Shown piece by piece: positions 9,602-17,900 of a DNA stretch of 64,000 bases. The notes under the pieces were generated by a model. It had not been told where the DNA came from. It did no database searches and saw only the letters and a program-made list of their open reading frames with translations. The position numbers were made by a program, and so were the translations under genes. Numbering within the stretch: the stretch's first letter is position 1; every line of letters starts with the position of its first letter. Source of the DNA: Poseidonia sp. (GTDB lineage: Archaea > Thermoplasmatota > Poseidoniia > Poseidoniales > Poseidoniaceae); assembly GCA_965661285.1 (NCBI GenBank), contig CBFIDD010000001.1, positions 511,395-575,394 of the forward strand, in the 5' to 3' direction.

Positions 9602-10585
9602 ATGTCGGACCACGACCCGTTGCGTTCGTTGCTGCTTGAACTGGCACTTGCCGTTGGCATGATCGCATGCTTGGTGGGCGCCATGTTCATCCACACCGGC
9701 TCCATGCCACCCCTGGTTGTCGTCGAGTCAAAGTCCATGATTCACGATGAAGGAGGTGAACTTGGCAGCATCGATGCCGGCGACCTCATTCTGGTTCACG
9801 ACCAACCCGGCGATACCATCGTGACGTATGCGGAAGCCACGGACCCAACCCATCCAGCCTACGGCTACGAACAACACGGCCTCGAAGGCGACGTCATCAT
9901 CTACGCCAAAAACGGTGAAGCGGGGACGCCCATCATCCACCGGGCCATCATGCGTGTGGTCGCAGAAGAGACCGTCGCACCCGACCGACAAGCCGCATCG
10001 CCGTGCCCGGAAGAGGCGACCTACGATGCTGTACGGATGGCTGAGGACGGTCTTGCGGGCTCGTGCATCCTCACCTGGTCGGTTCCAGGTACGTCGGTCA
10101 AGAACGTGACCAACGTCACCGTTTCCTTTGACGGAAGCGACGCCGCCTACTACGCCTGCAAACGGCCGGCCCATGCGGGGGTTGAAGCCCATCTTGTGGT
10201 GTGGCAGTGGAAGCCTGCTCACGAAGGCATGCTCACGCTGGGCGACAACAACAAGTGTTCCGTGGACCAAGGTGCGGCGGCCACCAACGGTTCCGCCGGC
10301 GTTCACAGCCCGTCTGGAGTCGTCGGCCCTATTCGAGACGACTGGGTCTTGGGTGTTGCCGGAGGGGAAATCCCGTGGCTCGGAACGGTGAAACTCATGG
10401 TTGGCGGACCGGAATCCTACGGAACGAGGGACGTCCCGTCCTCGTCCTTCATTGCCCTCTTTGCCGTACTTGGAGCCGTGCTTTTGACGCCGCAAGCCTC
10501 TGAACAGGTGTTTCGCTGGTGGTTGAACCGCTCGCCCGAACTGACCGAACTGGCCAAGCGCGAACAGGATCAAGAAGCGTCGTAA
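9602..10585 (+). CDS. Sec11-type (S26B) signal peptidase I with large inserted domain and C-terminal TM
   Basis: N-terminal TM, then VVVESKSM (Ser nucleophile box, cf. SGSMEP), GDLILV, GDVIIYAKNG...PIIHRAIM (His box), LTLGDNNKCS (conserved GDNN Asp box). A ~100-aa Cys-containing insertion sits between the His and Asp boxes; C-terminal hydrophobic helix. Confidence 0.65.
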   Translation: MSDHDPLRSLLLELALAVGMIACLVGAMFIHTGSMPPLVVVESKSMIHDEGGELGSIDAGDLILVHDQPGDTIVTYAEATDPTHPAYGYEQHGLEGDVIIYAKNGEAGTPIIHRAIMRVVAEETVAPDRQAASPCPEEATYDAVRMAEDGLAGSCILTWSVPGTSVKNVTNVTVSFDGSDAAYYACKRPAHAGVEAHLVVWQWKPAHEGMLTLGDNNKCSVDQGAAATNGSAGVHSPSGVVGPIRDDWVLGVAGGEIPWLGTVKLMVGGPESYGTRDVPSSSFIALFAVLGAVLLTPQASEQVFRWWLNRSPELTELAKREQDQEAS

Positions 10586-11316
10586 CCCGATGCTTTGAGG
10601 GCCTCATCCATCGTGAGATGCCCTTCACTTACACGCATCGCCATCTCGAGGGAAATGGTCAATTGACCCTTTGAGCGCTTGCGGCTGATGCGCTGGAGGT
10701 TGCGCAACTCACCCGGTGTCGCCCGAATCTTGCGTTGCTCGTGCACCGCAACCCCCGATATCATGGCTATTTTGAGCGCTGCTGAGCCGTGTGCGTGGCG
10801 GCGTTGGCCCGTGCTCGTACGGTGTTCGTTGACGATCTCGACATGATAGCCCAGCGACAACACGCGATTGACCATTCGGTCTCGATGGACCGGTGAGCCA
10901 TGACCGATGCGGATGAGCACGTTGGCTGGAGCCGTGTGTTCCACCAGGCTCACCACCTGCTCAAGGGCTTCGTCAATGGTCTCGAATTCTCGTTTTCCAA
11001 GCAGTACACCGTCGGCAAAAAAGGCGCAACCCGGGCGGGGCCCGGGGTCAACGCCAACGACCACCTGGTCGGGTGGAGCGGTCAACTGCCGAGACAGAAG
11101 CCACGTCGAGACGACCTGGTCAACGTCCTCCAGTTCCATCGCCACGCCACGCCCTCCGAGGAGACGAACCTCTTCGGGCGTACCAAACCAATAGGCATCC
11201 GGCTCGATCGTGTCGTGAATCGACACTTGTTTCGCCGGGAGGTCTCGGCGTTTTAATTCACTCAACAACCGGTGAGCCAAACGAAAATCCTCGGTTCGCA
11301 CGTAAACCGGCTTCAC
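10570..11316 (-). CDS. predicted nuclease of the RNase H-like (RuvC/YqgF-like) fold, archaeal conserved family
   Basis: Core VVVGVDPGPRPGCAFFADG resembles the first beta-strand/Asp motif of RuvC/YqgF-like resolvases. Basic C-terminal region. GTG start at 11316 per ORF track. Confidence 0.5.
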   Translation of the reverse strand: MKPVYVRTEDFRLAHRLLSELKRRDLPAKQVSIHDTIEPDAYWFGTPEEVRLLGGRGVAMELEDVDQVVSTWLLSRQLTAPPDQVVVGVDPGPRPGCAFFADGVLLGKREFETIDEALEQVVSLVEHTAPANVLIRIGHGSPVHRDRMVNRVLSLGYHVEIVNEHRTSTGQRRHAHGSAALKIAMISGVAVHEQRKIRATPGELRNLQRISRKRSKGQLTISLEMAMRVSEGHLTMDEALKASGYDAS

Positions 11317-11440
11317 AGCAAACCCACCCCTGCGCCCTGTTCTAACCTATCGGTTGGCGAACTGCACCGCCTGTCGAACAGCGAATCTGAGGCGATGGTG
11401 TTCCGAAGTAATCAAGAACGATAGACGCGGATGGGCGCCC

Positions 11441-12112
11441 ATGACAGGTGCTTACGAGCGAGAACTTCGGGATGTTCTCTCCGGCACCGAAAAGGGAGTT
11501 ACGGCGGTCACGCGCAGTTGCACACCGGAAGAAAAAGCCCGAACGCGCTGCGTTCTCAACCGCCCTTTTCTCGTCGTCCGAGCAGCCGGTTCGGGCATGG
11601 AAGGGAGCGGTGATTTGGTGGCCCTGCGAGGCGACTGTTGCTTCCCCATCGAAGTGAAATCAACCAAAGCTGAAAAATTGTATTTTTCAGGACGAACCAA
11701 AGACCAACTCAACGCCATGATTCGTGAGGGGGAGCGCTCGGGCTTGATGCCGTTGTACGCTCACCGCCGCAAAGGTGTTCGGGGCGATTCGTGGCGGCTG
11801 TTTCGCGTGGAAACCGAAGGACTCACCGGCACGCTGGCCCGCCTTGCAACCATGATCCCAGCGTTGCCACTGAACCGAAACGGCTCGCCGTTTATCGATT
11901 GGGAACAGGGCATGCCCCTCAACCAATTCATCGGCATGATGTGTTCGCCGCTCGGGGGAGAGGATGCGCCCCTCAAAACCCTGCAGCAACGGGCCAAAAA
12001 ACCAAGCAGCCCCACCATGGCAGAACATCAAGACAAAAGTGCCACCGATATTTTGGCCGAATTGGAACGCCGTCGCTCGGCTTCATTCCCGGTGCTCAAA
12101 GGTAAGGAATGA
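11441..12112 (+). CDS. hjc: Holliday junction resolvase Hjc-like (PD-(D/E)xK) with ~85-aa C-terminal extension
   Basis: YERELRDVL..., VVRAAGSG, GDLVAL (Asp), IEVKST (E-x-K) match the Hjc catalytic layout. ATG at 11441 (MTGAYERELR); ORF track's longer version starts with an upstream alternative codon. Confidence 0.7.
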   Translation: MTGAYERELRDVLSGTEKGVTAVTRSCTPEEKARTRCVLNRPFLVVRAAGSGMEGSGDLVALRGDCCFPIEVKSTKAEKLYFSGRTKDQLNAMIREGERSGLMPLYAHRRKGVRGDSWRLFRVETEGLTGTLARLATMIPALPLNRNGSPFIDWEQGMPLNQFIGMMCSPLGGEDAPLKTLQQRAKKPSSPTMAEHQDKSATDILAELERRRSASFPVLKGKE

Positions 12113-13553
12113 ACATCGTGAACAGCAGCATGCCCAACAAAACGAACGACGAATAGCTCGAGGCTCGTGAAGAAATATGGTCCACCCACATCGGGTGCAA
12201 GTCCCAGAGTTTGATCTTTCGACCAAGTCGCTTGACACCGCTCAGGAAGGCATGCAGCATGTCTCGCAGCATGTGGCCCCCGTCAAAGGGTACCATCGGA
12301 ACCAGGTTGGTAAATCCAAGAAGAATGTTCACCCAAACCAGCCAGAACATGAGATGACAAAGGAACATGAGAACATCGGTCCCCAGAAGGCCGCCGATCA
12401 CACCGTCTCCTGCCACCATCAACGCTTCCTCGAACGGATGAATAGCAACACCACCGAGTTCGAACGGAATCAACAAGATGGTCAGCACGTGGAAGGGGAG
12501 AGCAAGGGCTCGCTGAGCAAGATCCCCTTCCCAGCGAGGCGAGAAGGGCCCCGCCAGTCGGTCGACACCGGCCGTGCCTTCCGAGAGCCCCTCAACGCCC
12601 AAGAAGGCATCACCGAGTTGAATGTCGAGGTTGGCGAGCACCTCCTCGCTCCATCCTAAATTCTTGTAGTATTCGTATTTGTCACCAAACGTGGCTTGGA
12701 GTGTTTCCCGTGTGCCGTCTTGATGAATCACCACCAAATCGACAGTGTCGTTGCTCGTGTAAGCTAAAAGGATGTCCCTGAAATCCTCCGTGGTGTGAAC
12801 CGGCTGCCCGTCAATGGACACCAGCGTGTCCCAAGGTTGCATGCCGGCTTGATCAGCACCACCGTCCTTCACGATGCCTTGAATGTGGATGTAATCGTCC
12901 TCGGCGACGAGTTGGGAGGCGATGCCGCCCAACAACATCAACATGATGAACGCGGCAAAGAGGTTGGTGGCAGGACCGGCTGCAAACATCCGTAGACGCT
13001 CTCGCCGAGGCGCCCGCATCAATTCGTCAGACTGAGGCTCAGCAAAGGCACCGAGCGGAAGCGGTCCCAGTTGGAGCAAGCCGAAGGAGCGTATTCGCAT
13101 GCCGTGACCTCGAGCCAACAACCCGTGTCCAAATTCGTGAATCACCAGGGAGACGACGAAGGCAACAACGCCCCAGCCCAGAGGAATGACCGGATTGATG
13201 CCCGGCACGGCCACCAGTTCACTCGCGGACGGAGGCGCTGCTGTGGGCGGAGAGAGAACCGACAAGACGAAGGCAGCAATGACGAACAACGCCACCATCA
13301 ACATGGAGACCGAACACACCCAAAGCGAAACCTCGCCGTAGGCACGCCAGAACCGTCTTGGCTTCGCAATCCAATCCAAAAGACGCTGGCCGCGTTGCGT
13401 GCGAACCATCAGCACGATACCGAGGGCACGGGTGGCGTTCCAACGGTCGAGGGTGCCGTTTCGCTCCCATGTTTTGATGAGCACATACCAGCCAATGAGC
13501 AGGGCAAACGCCACGGTCCAATTCGCCTGAACCGAACCCAGTGTCCCCACCAT
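12096..13553 (-). CDS. site-2 protease (peptidase M50) with PDZ domain
   Basis: HEFGH zinc motif inside a TM helix, multiple TM segments, central PDZ-like region (GIVKDGGADQAGMQPWDTLVSIDGQPV), second metal-ligand region (...FDGGHML). ATG at 13553 verified. Confidence 0.8.
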   Translation of the reverse strand: MVGTLGSVQANWTVAFALLIGWYVLIKTWERNGTLDRWNATRALGIVLMVRTQRGQRLLDWIAKPRRFWRAYGEVSLWVCSVSMLMVALFVIAAFVLSVLSPPTAAPPSASELVAVPGINPVIPLGWGVVAFVVSLVIHEFGHGLLARGHGMRIRSFGLLQLGPLPLGAFAEPQSDELMRAPRRERLRMFAAGPATNLFAAFIMLMLLGGIASQLVAEDDYIHIQGIVKDGGADQAGMQPWDTLVSIDGQPVHTTEDFRDILLAYTSNDTVDLVVIHQDGTRETLQATFGDKYEYYKNLGWSEEVLANLDIQLGDAFLGVEGLSEGTAGVDRLAGPFSPRWEGDLAQRALALPFHVLTILLIPFELGGVAIHPFEEALMVAGDGVIGGLLGTDVLMFLCHLMFWLVWVNILLGFTNLVPMVPFDGGHMLRDMLHAFLSGVKRLGRKIKLWDLHPMWVDHISSRASSYSSFVLLGMLLFTMFIPYL

Positions 13554-13584
13554 GACCTCCCCACGCCCCGTTCCGTCTTGAACG

Positions 13585-14169
13585 TTGATACGCGTCCAAC
13601 GGGTTCAACATGGACAAACCTTGATGATGGGTTGGCATCTGTTTCCCCTCATGCACCCCCACAACATGGCCATCGAGGTCTGGTGTGAAGAGACTTGGGG
13701 GGAGCGTCCCGTACGCATTTCGGACTGGGCGAACCACGGCGATATCGTTCAGGTGTTCATCCGCCTCTCGTCAAGCGTGCTCATCGCTGATTTCCTCCTG
13801 GATAGCGATGGCAGTCTGAACATCCAACAGCATCTCCACATTCCGTTGGAAACATGGAATCCAGGCTCGATTCAAGGTTTTCGAACAAGCGAAGGAAAAA
13901 CACGTTTCCAGCATCGCCGACAAAGCATCTACCTCTCGAGCGAACTGCGCGTGGCCGAATGGGGGGCTGCTCTCCTCGAGGAATGGCTCATGAGCATGCG
14001 AAGCGCGGTGAATCGACCAAAAGACCGAACACAACGCCTGAACGAGATCAAGCGATTGAAACTCTCCATCGAGCGCAACCTCGAGAGCGCATCACTGGCA
14101 AAAGTGGCCGATGAGCGAGCATCCCTCGATGTCCATCTCGACCGTATCGATCAGCGCTTAGCGAACTGA
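13585..14169 (+). CDS. hypothetical protein with C-terminal coiled coil
   Basis: Only sizeable ORF in the gap between convergent neighbours; codon usage consistent with surrounding genes; no family recognised. Confidence 0.35.
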   Translation: MIRVQRVQHGQTLMMGWHLFPLMHPHNMAIEVWCEETWGERPVRISDWANHGDIVQVFIRLSSSVLIADFLLDSDGSLNIQQHLHIPLETWNPGSIQGFRTSEGKTRFQHRRQSIYLSSELRVAEWGAALLEEWLMSMRSAVNRPKDRTQRLNEIKRLKLSIERNLESASLAKVADERASLDVHLDRIDQRLAN

Positions 14170-14796
14170 ATCTTGCATGGTTGTGTCCACGCCCGGGAAC
14201 TGGTCTTCCCCTTCCCGATACACGGTTCGCATGTTGTTGATGAAGTTCTTTTCCTTGACGACAATCGTATAGTTCTTGATGCCGTAATCCTTCTCGCCGT
14301 CCAACATTTCAAGCAGCACCTGCAAGGTCAACCGAGCGCCCTCTCGATGCGGATAGGAAAACACGCCCATGGAGATGGGGGGAGAGACCACCGACGTGAC
14401 GTCGCCCATCTCCTCGATGGTTGCAAAGAGGTTAGCGTAGGTTTCTGCGAGGAGTTCGCGCCGCGATTCATCTTGATTTGGACGGCGACAGTCAGGACCA
14501 ACAACGTGGATGATATGTTTGTACTGGTCTGCCAGCGAAAAGGGCTCGGTGATGACATTGTTCGTCACAGCGCACGGAGGAGCGTTGATTTTACGCTTCT
14601 CGAGAACGATGTTGCGCGTGACTTGACTCATCTCTTTGCCGGCTTTTTGATGAATCATGGCATCGATGCCTTCTCGTCCGGAGAGGCGGTTGTTTGCGGG
14701 CGTGATGAGTACATCACCGCTGTGTGTCCATGGTTCGCCGCCCATGACGCGGAGAACACCGTTTTTGCACGTGCGTGCCATATAAAGTTCCGCCAT
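14158..14796 (-). CDS. macro domain protein (ADP-ribose / O-acetyl-ADP-ribose binding or hydrolase)
   Basis: VLITPANNRLSGREGIDAMIHQKAG matches the macro-domain signature (ANxxLxxGGGVxxAIxxAAG-type). ATG at 14796 (second ATG at 14781). Confidence 0.75.
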   Translation of the reverse strand: MAELYMARTCKNGVLRVMGGEPWTHSGDVLITPANNRLSGREGIDAMIHQKAGKEMSQVTRNIVLEKRKINAPPCAVTNNVITEPFSLADQYKHIIHVVGPDCRRPNQDESRRELLAETYANLFATIEEMGDVTSVVSPPISMGVFSYPHREGARLTLQVLLEMLDGEKDYGIKNYTIVVKEKNFINNMRTVYREGEDQFPGVDTTMQDSVR

Positions 14797-14935
14797 CGGT
14801 TCTGAGAGAAGGCGACCCTACATATTATCTGCCCCGTATTTTGATGAAAAGAGGGGATTTTCGCACCGTGACTCGTTGTGCTGCACGCATACCTCAAGGC
14901 GATACGGCTAAATCGGCCATGATGGTGCAACGACC

Positions 14936-17900
14936 ATGTCCACGAAGGCGACCAGCCTCGCTTTTGTGGGCTTGTTGCTGCTCTCCCTCTTCCCGTACAC
15001 ACCCTTCGATAACACCGAGGAGGTTTTTCGCCAACCGGCGCTTGGAGACGCCTTGTTTTCTGGCTTCACGGTTGGCGGTGCTGACGATGTTTGGAACCAA
15101 ACGCCGTGGCAAAGCATCGCCGTGCCCGAGGGGTTCTCCTACGAATCCGTGATCGACTACAGCGATGTTGGGGTGCTCATCAACAACCTCTCGGAAGAAA
15201 GTCGTACCATCGGTTGGGCCTTTGTCGCAGCGAGAAACATCTCGCTTGACCGCGTTTTCCTCTTCAACGCCTCGGGAACACCAACCGGCGAGACCATCAA
15301 CAGAAACCAATTCACCACCTATTTCGCAACCCCCTTCCTCGACATGTTACAGAACCGCACCACGGTGAATGGACTCAACTACCTCGTCACCACCAAGGGG
15401 ATGCCGCTGCGCGTTTCGGGCGGCAACAACAAGGCCAGTTTCGACCAAGAATTCTCGCTCTTGGGCGGGGCGTACAACAACTCCATCGGCGGTGATTATT
15501 GGGTCACCCACGGCTATGGACCGCTTGCCGGAAAGGCGATGGAACCGTTCACGCGAAGCAAGTACGGGTTCTTCCTCGTCACCCGACTGACCGGCTACAC
15601 CGTCGACACAGCGCTCGGCCTTATCGAACGCGCCAACCAAAGTCTCGGACAGCGAGGCACCTTTGTCTTGGACTTGGCCACCAACCGAAACAATTCGGGC
15701 TACAAATTCTGGAACGACGACCTCTACACGGCCAACACAACGCTCAGCCAAGGACTCGGCTTGCCTGTTCAATTTGATGAAGAAACAGAATTTTTGACCA
15801 ACATCTCCAACGTCATGGGCTACGCATCGTGGGGAAGCAACGATGGGAATTGGAACAAAAATTACCTCCCAAACAGCGGATTTGACACGCTGGACACCTC
15901 GTGGCAAAGCGGTTCGCGATACTGGACGCACACCTCACCCACCGTGTCGCCTGAGGATGCGTTCAACTGGTCGTACCAGACGGATGTGAAACAAGGCGGT
16001 AACGGCGCCTTTGAAGCCAGCCTGCGCACCGACTGCGACCAGGACGGCGGAAAAGGCATGCAGGGCATTTACGGCGAATATTTTGACAACGACGGCGTCA
16101 GTTTCAGCGCCTCAACCATGCCGTCGCTCATCGACCGAAGTCCCGACCGCGTCCAGGTAGAACCTCATCTCAACCACGGTTCGTCCAACAACGCCTACCC
16201 CGGGCTTGACGACCGGTTCAAGACCCACTGGGGAGCGCGCTGGAGTGGGCTAATCGATGTTCCTGAGACCGGAAATTGGACCTTTTTCATCAACTCCGAC
16301 GACGGATCAGAGCTTTGGGTCAACGGTGAATCTCTTGCGACCAATTACGGCATGCACGGCATGCGTGAACGTTCAGGCTCCCTCAATTTGACCGAGGGGC
16401 TTCATGAATTCCGCATTGAGTTCTTCCAAGGCGGTGGACCTCACGGCCTCATTTTTTCCTGGCAGGGACCAAACACGAGCAAAGCCGCTGTACCGCCATC
16501 TGCGTTCTACGTCGCCAGCCATGGTGTACCCGAATCCTCGAGGCTCGTCCACCACTGGGCCTTTGAAGACGGTTCGGGAACAACCGCCCTCGACAACGGC
16601 ACGGATGCGGCCAACATGACGCTGACGGGCATGGACAACAGCAACTGGAGGGCCTGTGCAGACGGTTCCTGTCTGTGGTACGACGGAACCAATGACATGG
16701 CAAAGGTGAACGTGGACGACTGGTACGGGAACATGACGGTGAGTCAGTGGGTTTGGGCGAACACCTCAGCGCAATCCACCTATGCCTCGACCTTTGCTGT
16801 TGACGACCAAGCGGGCTCGAACCTGTCCTTCCAGCACATGATCTCCAGCAATAAATGGCGATTGCACAACAACCAGACCAGGGTCTTTGGGGACGTGGTC
16901 GCCCAGCGCTGGACCCATCTCGTTACCGTGTTTGACGATGGTGATATTCGGCAGTACATGGACGGCGTCTTGGTGAATAACGGCGTCTACCCCAACGGCT
17001 CGTTCAACAACATCGACCTGTACAAATTGGGCGTTAATCGGGCTGGAAACGCCTACTTTGAAGGCATGATCGACGAAGTCATGGTGTGGGATGTTGCGCT
17101 TGATGACGATGACATCACCACGCTACGTCGCACCATTATCGACAATTGCACCTCGTATTCGGGGGCCGGAAACAACGTCGCCTCACTTGAGACCACCTTT
17201 GCTGTGCCAAGCCACCTCATGGACCATGCATGGAACATCTACGTCTATGGAAAGCGGGACGGTGAAGTGAACGGTGCGTTCCGATTGCATGTCGATGGCG
17301 TGGACACCAACGGGACCGTTCTCTCAACCAACACCTCCAGCGTCAAGACGTTCACAACAAGTTGGGCCACGCAAACCATGCGCATGCGACCGCATGCCAG
17401 TGCAACCGAGTTGACCATCAATGTTCAACTCGACATTGAATCAACCTCGACGGTGGGTTCGCTTTATGTCGATTCGGTGATCCTGAGAGCCATACGGCCG
17501 CACATGGATTGGGTCAACGGTTCCATCGCCGATACGGCCGTCTCCACGGGGGGGCGCTCGTTCAACTGGGGGACGAGTTATGGGCAGTCGCTCATTGCGG
17601 ACCTTCTCGAAGACGGGGTGTCGGGTGTCAAAGGCTACGTCTACGAACCGTACCTCACGGCCGTTGGCCTTCCCAGCACCTTCCTTCCGACCTATGCTTC
17701 GGGCTACAACCTCGCCGAGAGTCACGCTGCCGCCAACCTCTACACGGGTTGGATGGGCGTGGTGGTTGGCGACCCCAAAATGGCACCTTACATCGATGTC
17801 GTTCACGACGTCAACCTCCTCGGCGTCCGTAGCGTTGGCGACGTCAACCAAGGCGAAACCACCACGATTGAAGTGGCTGTGGAGAACCTGGGGATGGCTG

